Positions 51,580-64,000 of a DNA stretch of 64,000 nt are shown piece after piece; position 1 is the first letter of the stretch; each line of letters begins with the position of its first letter. The DNA is taken from the NCBI GenBank assembly GCA_030141605.1, contig JAQGDQ010000004.1:1426001-1490000 (forward strand), read 5' to 3'. The position numbers and the translations under genes are program-made. Origin of the DNA: Tubiluchus corallicola (Eukaryota; Animalia; Priapulida). The notes under the pieces were generated by a model. That model worked only from the letters and a program-made list of their open reading frames with translations, ran no database searches and was not told the DNA's origin.

Positions 51580-51754
51580 ATTATTTGTGCTTAAACACTT
51601 TAGTAAGATATATAAATATCTTATATATACATCTTATATATATATATCTATATATACATAGATCTTACTGAAGTGTTTAAGCACAAGTAATATACATATA
51701 TAAGATCCATGTCCATTTATATATATATATATATATATGGACATGGGTCTTATA
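51580..51754. repeat. Two adjacent inverted repeats with TA-rich loops
   Basis: 51580-51609 vs 51662-51691 (28/30) and 51699-51716 vs 51737-51754 (17/18). Confidence 0.9.
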
Positions 51755-52139
51755 AATATTGTTAATTCGCTTGTGCAATTAAAATGTTTAAATTTCAATT
51801 ACATAAAATAGGAAAGCAAAAACAGAGAGTTGTTGTATATTATACAGTCATCACACTCATCATGTGCAGATTACAAATATTATCATCTCTCTTGAGCAAC
51901 AAGAATCTTGAATTTGAATCGTGCAAAAATGAAAAACAAAACAAGAATGTAATGAAAATATTCTTATTTTTTGTATTAAAGTGATTTCAGTATAGTTTTT
52001 AATTTTAGATTAGCACTATCTAAAGCCACACAACTACTAGGAACTAGCTAAAATAATTACATGCACACTGTATATATAAAACAGTTTTAAAGCATGCCTG
52101 AGTTTGCAATAAAAATATATACTGGCATGTAATAAAAAA

Positions 52140-52292
52140 TCATTTAATATCAGGATATTGCCAGCGCACTATAGCTCCATCGTCACTGACACTGATGATG
52201 TAACGCAAATTTGGGCAAATTTTAAGCTGTGTTATGTTGCCGCTGTGACCAATACCAACCTGTATGACATCACCTTCATCATATCTCCAGAA
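52140..52292 (-). CDS. CFAP52: CFAP52 terminal exon
   Basis: FWRYDEGDVIQVGIGHSGNITQLKICPNLRYIISVSDDGAIVRWQYPDIK*. Confidence 0.92.
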   Translation of the reverse strand, partial: FWRYDEGDVIQVGIGHSGNITQLKICPNLRYIISVSDDGAIVRWQYPDIK

Positions 52293-55200
52293 CTGCAAAT
52301 TAAAGGAAAAGACAATGCATTTTCTCAAAGCTGAAGTGAAAATGTTTTGTGTCCTAACTCAAACCGTAAAATGATTTGTAGTTGATTTTGGATTAAAAGC
52401 GACTATAAAAAGCTTGACATAGTTTGAAGTATGTGCTATCATATTATTCACTTAAAAAGACAACATGTTGTTTTCATTTTTATCTTGTTTGACTTTGAGA
52501 ACTGGCACACATTATACTGGGTGTTTATTTGGATTGAAGAGCTCTAGTATAGTTTATATTTTCTCTTTCTTTACAACTAGCAATTAATCCAGGAATACAA
52601 TTTCTCTTACATTGCTGCTAGCACTCACATTTTGCATTTGTTTAGGGAGACTAGAAACTAATTGTTTTAAATAATGAACGACATGATTATTACTACTCTT
52701 CTCGAATAATGTAACGTTTTCAAACATGGGGCAGAATAAAGTTGATCTCATTGGTGAATGAAGCCAACAATCAAATGACGGTTTGCAGTTATTAGTATTA
52801 TTATTGAAATAGTTATACAAAACTATTTAGAACAAAGCAGTTGAACACTAAGATTTTTAATGCCACAGATAAAAATATACAGCACATTACAAGAAATAAT
52901 TAATACAACTATTGCAATGCACAAATAATAAATGCAGATGTAGTTAGAAGATATATGCAATGTACATAAAAATCAAAACACACAAAGTTCACACAATAAA
53001 AACACTTTACACACACAAACCTATCAATCGCCCATTCACTAATATCTGCATCCTTATCCTGTAGGCAGTCTACTTTTATATAGCTACAGACGGTTCCAGA
53101 ACATTATAAAAAGGTCCCATGGTGTACAGACTATTCCAGCCGATTCTACAGTATTGCATGAGTACAGACACTCAAATGTCAAGTGATTGTTCTAGACCTT
53201 TCTAGGTACCACTCTCAGCAATGTATGTGTGGGCAGATAACTCAATCACAACAAAATGAGGTTCATAACAAATAATGCATAGCAGGATGGGATTGTTTCT
53301 CTAGGTTTACGTTAGAGCTAAAATGTCTGAATTTACCGAACTAATAGAGGAGACAATGAGTTTTCCTCCATACTTTGGCTTGAGAAAACTGGCCAAGTGC
53401 TGCATTGGTTGAATGTGATTAGTTAAACATTTTCTGCAACTAATTTCATTAGCAATATACATGCTGCCAAGTAAGAACATTTGTAAAGGCATGTAATTTA
53501 GCCTCGCATAACTATATATGATTATAAGACAGTGCAAATACCTTAATAAGTTTGTCATCTCCTCCAGTAACAAAATGCTTTCCATCTTTAGCGATATCAA
53601 TAGCATTAACAGAACCAGAGCGGCAGCCTTCCAATTCGCGAATTTGAGATCCATCGTAAGTTTCCCAAAAGCCTAAAATAAATTAATTATATTTGCCAAT
53701 AAAAGCATCATCAAATGAAGACTTAAAATCTTGTTTGTCAAAATACTGATATTTTCATCCTGGATTTTGAATACTAGAAATCTAATACTCCTGCTAAGTA
53801 CTGAGACATCGAACTTTGCTATATAATGAAGGCTAAGCAATCTATACATATGGTTTATAAATGCATAGGTGTCAACATGGACACTGGTTGTGTATTTTGT
53901 CCAAATTCATTATTAAGAAAACACTGCAAGCATAAAAGCTGAACATTCAGTTGTTCAATCGCAACTTTTCAAGTCATAACTCAAAAGCACAGCCTATCAC
54001 CTGTGATTGTGGAATAATTGATATTGTGCATTTTTCCACTATGCATGTCGAACTCATCACAAGCATTACATCGTGACAATAAGTGTAGGCAAAGTAGTGC
54101 ATCAGAGTGAAGTTTAAAAACAATAATAATTTTACCGATGCATGTTTTTGTGATTCTCATTGTTTCATGCAAAAATGAGTACTTTGTCACATTTTTATTG
54201 TTCTTTAGTTCAAAGATAGAAGTAAGGGACAATATGTAATATGTAAATGGTGAGTGGTTCACGTAAGCACACACGAAATTGCTGAACTTTTCACGTACTT
54301 GTACTCGCCTGCCTCTCCCCATAAATACACGGTGAACTCACGATTATTCCACTACTCCATATATATATATTCACATTTTTATTGTGCAACAATAGAAAAA
54401 AGAAGAGGCAGGCGGAAATATCGTGGCATGTACAGGTATACGAAAAGTTCAACAATTTTGCATGTGCTTACGTGAATCACTAAGCACATTTTTGAGCAGT
54501 TGAATAATAAAAATGTGACAAAGTACTCATTTTTGCATGTACAATGAATATTTGAATATATATGTACAATCAATTAATTAGCAGTTGTGGAAATAATAAA
54601 AAAGTGCATGAACTCATTCTTCAAATAGAAAATTTAATGCAAATAATTTTCTACTTCCATTGCACAAATGGATTGAAGCATGCAGAGGAGTTTAACTCAT
54701 TGTGCTCTTACCTACTACACCTCCTGGGTTTTTGCCAATTCCTTTAGGAAGCATGATATGAAATATATTGTCATTCACTTAAAAAGTCAAGTTTCTGTGA
54801 GATATGAGAGCAGCAAATAAGGACTTCCACTTCTCAACAGACATGGCAGATTAATGAGCAATGTGAAGAGGCTTAGGCCATACTATATATAGCAGTGACA
54901 ACAGTGTCTGCATGACTAGGGAAATTTTAAAGTTTGTATGTCAGTGATTCAAAAATTTGAATGAAGGATAGTTTCACAGCGATAAATCAATCAATGGTAG
55001 TTTAAATTTGCTCAGCTTTTAGAACTGCACTTTTTTAAAATTACTGCAGATAGTTCTTAAGACATGTCTAGCTGCTATTCATAGTTTACATATAAAATAA
55101 CTACTATCATATATTTAAAGAAGTTTCTGATTTTAGGTTTCTATGGTCTTAATAGGTTGCGTTAAGGAAAAAAGATTTTACCGATTTTTCGATCAGTACC

Positions 55201-55338
55201 ACATGTAAGAATCTGGCATTCACTTGGGTGATAGCAAACACAACGAAAAAGAGTATTTGCGAAAATAATCTGGTTCCGTACGAAACGCCTGTAAACAAAT
55301 AATTAAAAATGGAATAACATGAATATGACATATCATAC

Positions 55339-55425
<87 letters not shown>

Positions 55426-58400
55426 AGAGAGAGAGAGAGAGAGAGAGTCAGTAAAAAAATAGAAAGAAACTTACATTAAATCCCATATGATGCAAGTTCC
55501 ATCTGTACTGGCACTGACACATTGTTTATTGTTACTGCTAACTTTGATACAGGAAACCTTAGCTTTGTGTTCCTTCATATTTGCCAGCAATGTTTGCTTC
55601 TGGGGCATTATTTGCCAAACACGCACCTACCAGGTAAAACTTTTTAACATTTTTTAACTTTTATTTTTTATTCAACCCATATCACAATTTGGAAACATTA
55701 TAATTGCAATGTTGTTCACATTCTGATGTGGGCTGGGAGACCCATACATGGCATATGCAGAGGCCACTCAAAAACAGCACAAATTATCAGTATTAGGTAA
55801 ACTAACTTGACAGAGCTAATTTGACAAACAACCACATTTAAAGGTTACTCAGAAAAATACAGTTAGTTATGTTACTGCCATTACAGTAATTAACTCAGAG
55901 AGTAAAGACTTGAGTTATTAACTCACACTCGGTGCACTTGAGAATGGCCCTTCCTAGCATGTGCCAAGAAGCCGTAAAAATGCTCTAATCAGATTCAAGT
56001 ATATCTTGTGTATAAAACTGAACAGTGGCTTACAGTGCAGCATTAAATTTAATATTCACATTGTGATGCAATAAAACTTTTGTAGAGAACTCACTGTTTG
56101 TGATGATAATGTTACTACACAATGTTAGCTATTATGTTGCTGCACACTGCACAGGAAAGCAATGCTTGCACTGATTGGGCTGCCCTTGTTAAATATTACT
56201 AAGCAATGATGTATAATGTAATGTTGTTTACTATCCTACATTAATTCAGCATACTTGGACTCAAACTCAGAGTTCAAGGTCACTGGACTTTTTCGACTTC
56301 TTCGTATACTATGATATTCTATTTTGAGAAAAGAGCATTTGACTTTTTTACTACATATTTAATCAATGATTATATAATATTTTTTTAAATAAAGCAAAAA
56401 CGAGGTAATACCACCCCTAACAAAGTGCAGTACAACGGCCTCTTGAAGCATTTCTCTCCTAATCTTTCTTTTTTTTTAAAAAACAGCGTTATGAAAGTTA
56501 AATGGATTTTTTTAGCTTAGTCATCGAAACACTGCAATAAAAGCTGGAAGAATAGTTTGTAAAGTCCACAGCAAAACTGTGTGTTTTCAAATGTTAACAG
56601 CCGTTTTTGAATCTGCTTATACCTATAACAACAAGACTAAGTGATGGAATGGGCTAGCAAAGTTGTTTGGGTGCTAATTTTCCATCTGTGAGGTCATATT
56701 TTCCATCTGTGAAATTATACATGCCGTTTCTTTGCTGAACGTAAAGTGATCAGAGAAAAATCTGTAAGAAAATGGGCAATCTATACTGCTACCATCACGA
56801 GAGCTTATATATAGTTTTCAAGTTCATGATATGGCTATAATTTAAAACATTGTTCTCAAGTAGGTTGTTCATACAGGATTGTAGTTGTAGAACAGCGTGA
56901 ATTTTGTTAATGCAGTAGTAAACCATTGTTAATTGTTCTTTGTCTATGACTGTACTTGTATTACCTGTCCCTCGCCTCCTCCACTGATGATGTGGGCGCA
57001 ATCAGATGTTGTCCCCAGTGCAGTTACACCTTTGTTGTGGGCATCTGATATCGTGTATTGTAACTTTCCAGACTCGGGTAAAAATGCACGTATCTTACCA
57101 TCATTCCAAGCTGTTACAAACAGAAAAGCTGAGATAATAAGAATTCTTATACATATATAACTATGCATATTTCACATAGTATTCATTTAAATGCTAGGAG
57201 ATGTCAAGAATAAAACAAAGAGATCATAGAAAATGAAAACCAACCAATACTCTACAACTACTGGAGAACAAACACATTTTAATCCAAAACTTATGAAAGA
57301 GATGTAATCTTCGAGTGTTTTTATGAAAGTTGAAAGTCATTATGATGCTTGATTTTCGGCTATGTCACTTTTCTGCAAACTTTAATGACTGCTTGTCTGC
57401 TTGTCTGAAATGATTGATTGCTTGTCGATCGACAAAAGATGACAATGAAAAAAGACGTAGAAGCAAATTAAACATTTTAGGTCCAAGTGACTGAAGATTT
57501 TTGAAATAACAGGTTGTCAATATACATTTTTCAAAAAGACATTTAAGAAAAAAATGATTAAAATATGGAGAAAGCAGCTAGAACACACGTTTTCACTTGT
57601 TAAAAGTGAAAGTAATGTAAGAAAATAATAAAATTGATAAAGCTGATTTGCTTTTGCATATTATTTGTCACTCTGTTTCCATATTGGGTTGTGAAAACAC
57701 TCATAAAGATTTTAGGCAGCAGTGATCTATGATATTAAATTATCAAAACAATCAGTTTTACACATATAACTTCCTTATAATAATAATAATAATAATGATA
57801 ACTACTACTTCATTTATTAGTTATTATATTTCATGTAACTTTTTTCATCTGGTAACCAAAATACGAATAGATCGTTACTACATGCTCTTGTAAGTAGAAG
57901 ATAAAAAGTAAAACTCAAAATACCACTGATTATCATCTTTCCGTCTGCCATGATATCAACAGTATTGCATCTCATGTTGTGCACCTTTATTCGCAAAAGT
58001 TCGATATTTCTCTTGGTATTCCACACACAAATTGTTTCGTTAGCGCATGTGACAAACAAATCTGATGTGTGCCTACAAATACATGTCATAAATATATGCA
58101 CATTAAAGTAAAAAGTAAAATTGCACAAAGAAAGACAAAACATTCATTTATCAAAATTTGAAATACACAAATTTTTTTCATACAAGCTTTACTTTTAAAA
58201 CAATATTTAATATGTTGGAAAGTTCTTACAATACGATGAGCACTCACACTAAAGTTACCTCGGAAAAACAATGTCCCTGACACCTGAGTAGTGGCACGTT
58301 GTTGCTAAGTCAAATTCAAAGCTTGGTAGGCTGAATTTATATATATGGCCATTATTGGTCCCTACAAAAAACTAGAAAACAAACTAGCAGCAAACAATTA

Positions 58401-61400
58401 AGGCATGCAAGGCATTTAATTCTGACAAAAAATAATCATCACACTAAATAAGAAAATGACCTTACTTAGTACTGCTATTATGCTTTAAGCATATTGAGTT
58501 AAAAGAAATGTTTTGATGGATAGAAAGTAGTAATGCAGACAATTTCGTAAAGACATAAAACAATGGTACATGCTGTGTCGGATATCATTATGGTTGCCAC
58601 ATAAGATCAAGCAAGATGCATATTTAATGATAAATGCCTTAAACCTTTTCGAGCAAACAAAATTAAAAAATACTTACTTTACTACCAGGTTCCCTGATAG
58701 CTATAGATGTAACATGCCCCATAACTTTTTCATTCCTACAGAAATAAAACATGTAAGTATGTGACAGTACGTGTGTGCAACTTATCTGTATAGCCTTCTT
58801 ATCAGTAACATACATGTATATGTATATTGTTTATAATACAGGATATTGTAAACTCTATAACAACCTCCACAGAAACCATTTGGCAACCTCTCGAGGAAAA
58901 AACAGCTTGAGTAGAAAGCCAAAACAGTTTTTTAATCAGCAGCCCTTAGAATGCATAAAGCACGAACACTTGCCTTTCCCAGGAGTTTTTCATAAGAAAT
59001 AATGGAAAACTGTATTTCAGAAATCTGTTTTTAACATGTTTATTCACACATAAATCTGAAGCATAGCTAATGCACTTGTTGAATGTGGTAAATTTAAATA
59101 TAAAAGATCAGATACGTTAAAAGCGTGCATGCCTACTTTTCTTTTTTAAAATTCTGACCATTGACAAGGCACACTGTTCCGTCACCTCCTCCAATTAACA
59201 TCTTCCCATTTGCAAGAATGACCAGTGCAGTTATACCCAGACTGTACTTATCTTTCTTTGGCAGTGTAGAGATAAGTAATCGTGTTTTAGTATTGACTTT
59301 TAACACATCACCACTAGATGTGCCACAGTAGAAAAATTCATCAATGGCATCCATCTAGTCATTGAAAAAACGTTTCCAGCATTACAAAAGCACAAAAAAT
59401 TTAATTACTATGTAGAGGTATTTAACAATGTTGGCAAAAATAAATTGGTGAACATTTATGACACCATTTTATATAATTTACAACTACATACTATATAAAA
59501 CACCTTGAAGACTACTGTCAATCTGTGCCGTTTAATTATGAAGTTACAGTATGTGCATGCTTAAAGAAACGACAATCAAATTACCTAATGCCAAAACACT
59601 AACAGTGTGAGGATGAAAAGTTTAATTCAAATCACAGAATTAAGTTGAAATTTATTACCTTTATTGAATTTATCACTCGTTTAAATTGGCCCAAATTCAC
59701 AGATTGTGGATGGATTTTTCTATTTTCTACATCTAGTTCCCATACTCTCAACGAACAGCTAGAAAATAATGAGAAAAATGAGCAACGGGTAACATACCAG
59801 TTCCTCATAAAACAGCAAAATGTGTCATGATAATTCAATTTTTAAACTATAGGCAGTGACATAGCTAGGGGGACAAAAGAGTGGCAGCTGCTAGGCTCGA
59901 ACCAAGGCTGGTTCAGTCTGAAATCTAGACCACTCGGCCACCCAACCCACACTTTGATCAAATGGATTGAAAAAGTTGATTCTGTCAGAGTAGTAGAAAA
60001 GCATTACAAAACTTATATAGTGTGTGTACACTTATAAGTACAGTAGTGATGTAAAGTATGCATATATCATTATGTAATTTGTACGGTGATAATTATTACA
60101 GACTCAGCCATTTCTGCATGTATAACATGTTCTATCTGTATAAGCTAAATGGCCAAGGTTTATAGATAATACTGCCTAGAGCGTTGTATCGCCTCACAGT
60201 TATAAATGCACCAAATTTCGCAGAAATATATATCTTAAAGCCTTTTTTACCTGATGCAAAGAGGAATAGGAGTGGTTAAGATTAGTTCCTGTTTTTTATT
60301 TGTTGTTCATTTGTCTGTACAGGAGTAGTATTGTAATACTAGGATAAAAATGGTTAAGCCACCAAGCAAGTGAGAATATTCAATTTCGTGTAGAGATGAC
60401 CCTTTACTTTTCTGACCTAAATCAATGATGGCTATTTGGCTGAATAGTGGCGAATCAGGTCAAGTCAGACAGAAAACTTACTATAAAAAAAGCCAAGCAA
60501 AGCTGAATCATACACAATTTTCAAAAAAATGCAAAATATGAAGACTGTCTGAATTACTGAGAAAGACGAATAGCACACGAGGAGAAAAAGCCAATTTCAG
60601 TCATTTTTATGCACTTCTACTTCTATTGCCTAATGAACACTGTTGATTATTATTATTATTAATAAGTAGACAAACAGTTTTTAGAAGACCTGGAACACCT
60701 TGCTGCATGGAAGTGAATTTTGTACAAATAAAAACCTCCCATTTTCCAACTAACATTTTGCCTAAAAGTACTATTTTATCATGAGTCCATACGAATTTGA
60801 TACAAAATAGCCAAAAAATGGATGATTAACTCACTTGCCACCAGAAATAAACACATAGTCATCTTTCTGTGCATATTCCACAGTGTTTGTGACACCAGCA
60901 CTAACCGCAGATGCAGGAGCTCCGCACACAGCTTCTTTTTTTATAATATCCCATACAACAATACTAGATCAACAAATAAATAAACTGCAGTGTGATTTCA
61001 CTTTTTAGGGATTCAGACTTAGACTTGAAATAATGCTTGCAAGCCAAAAATTCGAATCGATTTCTGATATAAGAAAGCATTTAACCAAGCAACATAAACT
61101 GCCTATTAAATAAAATTTATGAGCATGTATGTAATATCGATTTGAGCATTGGTATTTTGTCTACCACTGTTCAGTACCATAGGAAGTTTTCCATAACTGA
61201 TCACAAAATTTGGTAAACATATTTAAGTAATGCTTAAATGCATTTCAAAACATGTTCATCTTAAATATCCAGTGTCATTGGTCTAGTGAATTGTAATTTT
61301 TGTAAACCTCTTCATGTAGACTGAGATTGTAGAAAATCATGATATTATTTACAAATAAAAATATGGTAAATTTTTTTCACTATAATTATGTTCCTGAACA

Positions 61401-61836
61401 AATTTTATGTTAACCAATATATTATCACTCAGAATATAAGAATGTACCTCGGGTAGTATTCAAGGTTGAAAATGTTTCATGAATGACGTATGAATTACAT
61501 ATCGATGTATTAAGTGAAACCATGTTTCATACGTGTCACTTAAAACCATGTTTTGCTAGAAACACATTACGGCATCGCTACTCGAAAACTTACTGAGTTA
61601 TTTACCATAAAAGTTAGAGTATTGCACATTGTAAAAACCCATTATTCCTCCTCAGTTATAATCTATTATTCATGGACATCATATAAAATGATTTCAGACC
61701 TTCCATCATCCTGTCCTCCAAGGCTTAACAAAAACTTTTCACTTGGGGAAAAGGCTAGAGACAACACTTCTACTTTGTGTAAGTTCAACCGGCAGTAAAC
61801 TTCACGATTATCAAAAGTCCAGATAACTATATCTGC
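52140..61836 (-). CDS. CFAP52: Cilia- and flagella-associated protein 52 (WDR16), spliced, 5'-partial, 12 exons visible (~530 aa)
   Basis: Join 61836-61700, 60963-60835, 59758-59659, 59354-59137, 58735-58678, 58371-58259, 58072-57924, 57110-56965, 55626-55475, 55288-55182, 53672-53542, 52292-52140 stays in frame with GT-AG introns. WD40 motifs typical of CFAP52: AWNDGKIRAF, IISGGGEGQVRVW, GHSGNIT..I.P...YI.SVS.DGAI.RW. About 90 N-terminal aa are missing and presumably lie beyond 64000. Confidence 0.95.
53542..53672 (-). CDS. CFAP52: CFAP52 exon
   Basis: GFWETYDGSQIRELEGCRSGSVNAIDIAKDGKHFVTGGDDKLIK. Confidence 0.92.
54157..54548. mobile_element. Foldback/MITE-like long inverted repeat in a CFAP52 intron
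   Basis: CATGCAAAAATGAGTACTTTGTCACATTTTTATT pairs with AATAAAAATGTGACAAAGTACTCATTTTTGCATG; inner arms GTTCACGTAAGCAC..TGAACTTTTC / GAAAAGTTCA..GTGCTTACGTGAAT also pair. Confidence 0.8.
55182..55288 (-). CDS. CFAP52: CFAP52 exon
   Basis: RFVRNQIIFANTLFRCVCYHPSECQILTCGTDRKI. Confidence 0.9.
55342..55447 (+). repeat. (GA)n microsatellite in a short CFAP52 intron
   Basis: Direct reading. Confidence 0.97.
55475..55626 (-). CDS. CFAP52: CFAP52 exon
   Basis: VRVWQIMPQKQTLLANMKEHKAKVSCIKVSSNNKQCVSASTDGTCIIWDL. Confidence 0.92.
56965..57110 (-). CDS. CFAP52: CFAP52 exon
   Basis: AWNDGKIRAFLPESGKLQYTISDAHNKGVTALGTTSDCAHIISGGGEGQ. Confidence 0.92.
57924..58072 (-). CDS. CFAP52: CFAP52 exon
   Basis: HTSDLFVTCANETICVWNTKRNIELLRIKVHNMRCNTVDIMADGKMIIS. 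Confidence 0.9.
58259..58371 (-). CDS. CFAP52: CFAP52 exon
   Basis: FFVGTNNGHIYKFSLPSFEFDLATTCHYSGVRDIVFP. Confidence 0.9.
58678..58735 (-). CDS. CFAP52: CFAP52 exon
   Basis: NEKVMGHVTSIAIREPGSK; GTAAGT donor. Confidence 0.85.
59137..59354 (-). CDS. CFAP52: CFAP52 exon
   Basis: MDAIDEFFYCGTSSGDVLKVNTKTRLL...GGGDGTVCLVNGQNFKKE. Confidence 0.9.
59659..59758 (-). CDS. CFAP52: CFAP52 exon
   Basis: CSLRVWELDVENRKIHPQSVNLGQFKRVINSIK. Confidence 0.9.
59879..59942 (-). mobile_element. tRNA-derived SINE head or tRNA pseudogene in a CFAP52 intron
   Basis: Minus strand GGTGGCCGAGTGGTCTAG (A box) ... GGTTCGAGCC (B box); no intact cloverleaf. Confidence 0.55.
60835..60963 (-). CDS. CFAP52: CFAP52 exon
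   Basis: SIVVWDIIKKEAVCGAPASAVSAGVTNTVEYAQKDDYVFISGG; GTGAGT donor. Confidence 0.9.
61700..61836 (-). CDS. CFAP52: CFAP52 exon
   Basis: ADIVIWTFDNREVYCRLNLHKVEVLSLAFSPSEKFLLSLGGQDDG. Confidence 0.9.
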
Positions 61837-62213
61837 CTGAAATAAGTCAATAGACAAACGAGTGAGCATGTGAAGAACAGAAAGCTCAAACAGAACTGTA
61901 AATTAAAAAGTAACAAAATGAATGAACAAAGGCCAAGTAAACAAGTAAATAAATGCAAAAAAAGAATGAAAGACCAACAAATGATAAAAAATAAATACAG
62001 TAGTAATGAACAAAAAAAAAGAAAAAGGGAAAAAATAAATAACTGGAAATGGCTGGATAACTAAATGTGTTTAAAAAAAATAGTATATCAACTGATAATA
62101 GATCAAAAAGGCATATTAAGCAGCCACTGACATGATGGTTCGTCCATATAATTAAATTCGCTAAGAGTCGAGACCATGATCTATAGAAGCTGAAATTTCC
62201 GGTCTTTCATTAA

Positions 62214-62354
62214 TGTAGTATCTTAATATTAGGCCATCTAGGATATACTGTATAATGCTGCCACCTGTCAGCAGTTAAGTAAAGCGAGACAGAGTTGTAA
62301 GATTGGGCTTGAACAATAGTTGTGTTGTACTCCCATCAAATCAGAATTGTTACA
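62214..62354 (+). repeat. Putative 5' LTR (TGTA...TACA, 141 bp) of the Gypsy element
   Basis: TG..CA termini immediately upstream of pol remnants; second LTR not visible, so unconfirmed. Confidence 0.45.
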
Positions 62355-64000
62355 TCGTCTAATTATAAAATCTTTGTGGCAAAAGTGTCGAAGCTGAATA
62401 TTTAGTCGTACCTGGAAATGCACCTACACTTTTTAGTTATTCTACAGCTACGGACTTAAATCTTATTCATGTGGTCAATTCAATCTCAGACACTGAAGAC
62501 AATATCGTACAAGAATTTGATTCAATGTTCCATGGACTTGGTAAGTTGAAGAACTATCAGCTGAAACTGCATATCGATAAAAATGTTATCCCAAAGGCAC
62601 AGCGTCAATACTGCATCCCATTTCTCATGCGAGAGAAAGTAGAAGCGGCAATCAAAGAGTTGGAAGACCAAGCCATCATTGAAGAAGTCACAGGACCGAC
62701 ACCATGGGTATCGCCAACAGTTCCAGTGCCGAAAGGTGAGAGAAGGCAAGTGAGGCTATGTGTATATATGACAGCCCCAAATGAAGCAATCAAGCGTGAA
62801 TGCCATGTGACTCCAACATTTGATGACATAGTGTGCCAACAAGGGGTATCATCAGATTGAACTGCATTCGGACTCCAGATACATCACCACATTTGTGACA
62901 CACTGTGACCTACAGAGGACTCCTCAGAGCACTCACCAGGAAAGAGAGCAAATGGGCACGGACAGATAGCCATAAAAGTGCATTCAAAGCAATCAAAGAC
63001 AGCCTCTGCATCAGCGAAAACAGATATAATCTGTGATGGCAGCCCAGTGGGCATAGGAGCAATCTTAGTTCAGAAATCATTACATTTGCAACCTAGAGTC
63101 ATTGCTTATGCCAGTAAAGCCCTCAGCGATGTCCAACAGAGGTACAGCCAGATCGAGCGTGAGGTCTTAGCAGTTGTATGGGCAATCAGCCATTTTCGAC
63201 TTTATGTTTATGGCAAAGAATTCTCCGTGATAATAAACCACAAACCGCTTATTCCTCTTTTCAATAAACCAACAGCGAAGCCACCACCAAGGATTACTAG
63301 ATGTATTTTGGGGTTACAGACCTAAGCATTTCAGCTTAGATATCAACCAGGAGCAAGTAACCCAGCTCATTACCTGTCATGTCATCCTAACCAACATCTA
63401 GAGACAAAATGTGACATAATCGAAGAGAGTGCAGAAAAATTTGTAAACTTTTGTGCTCAGTTCAGCATTCCTAAATATCCATCTATCAAGGAAATCGCAG
63501 CTGCTACTCAAGCAGACGAAATTTTGAAAGCAGTAATCAACAAAGTGCAGTCCAAGAAGTGGTGAGTAAGAGTGCAACACTCGAATGTATCTGACGGTCA
63601 GTTGCAATCGTATATAATGTCGCAAATGAGCTGTTGTATTCAAACCAACATCTTGTGCTACTAGCGAGTCTTCAGAAGCGAGCATTACACATTGCGCACG
63701 AAACACATCAAGAAATAACTAAAACAAAAGCCATGGTAAGGGAGAAAATCTGGTTCCCAGGCATTGATCGTAAAGTTGAACGACTCCTTCAGTCATGTCC
63801 TGTATGTCAAGCAGTAGATGACCAGAAACCAGGTGAACCCATTTGTATAACTGACAGTCCAGAAGATGTGTGGACCAATGTATCAATTGACTTTTATGGG
63901 CCAGTGCATGACAAATATGATCTAGTTGCCATCGATGATCTATCCACGTATATTAAGTGTGAGTTTCTATCCTCCATGCCAGCCTTTTGTACCACAACAG
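62214..64000 (+). mobile_element. Decayed Ty3/Gypsy LTR retrotransposon (Mag-like), internally deleted, antisense in a CFAP52 intron, runs off the window
   Basis: End of protease, RT start (PWVSPTVPVPK..VRLCV; GYHQIEL), RNase H (CDGSPVGIGAIL, YSQIEREVLAVVWAI), integrase zinc finger (CPVCQ) and core (WTNVSIDFYGP); stops and frameshifts. Confidence 0.92.

Noticed and set aside
59879-59942. Functional tRNA gene
   Set aside because: A and B boxes are present but acceptor and anticodon stems do not form; kept only as a SINE head or pseudogene

Overview
AT-rich, intron-rich eukaryotic (animal, probably invertebrate) genomic DNA, not prokaryotic; most ORFs in the supplied track are spurious or single exons. 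I rebuilt two minus-strand spliced genes by hand from splice sites and frame continuity. (1) A complete Rab11 family-interacting protein class II gene (RAB11FIP3/4/nuf-like): 15 coding exons, 42903->24841, ~630 aa, with N-terminal EF-hands, coiled coil and C-terminal FIP-RBD. It has a GC-AG intron, two 39-nt micro-exons, and its promoter plus first exon sit in a near-perfect ~1.5 kb tandem duplication. (2) The 3' 12 coding exons of CFAP52/WDR16 (61836->52140, ~530 aa); its 5' end lies beyond the window. Between the genes is a decayed ~4.3 kb LINE bracketed on both sides by (GA)n, followed by a 5S rRNA 3'-half pseudogene. A deleted Ty3/Gypsy element lies in the last visible CFAP52 intron. Positions 1-21.7 kb have no recognisable protein exon; they hold TE relics, palindromes and some promoter/splice-donor-like signals that may belong to an unseen gene. 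No CRISPR or prokaryotic-type system is supported, and I could not demonstrate a novel system; the best candidates for a second look are the microsatellite-embedded LINE and the duplicated first exon.
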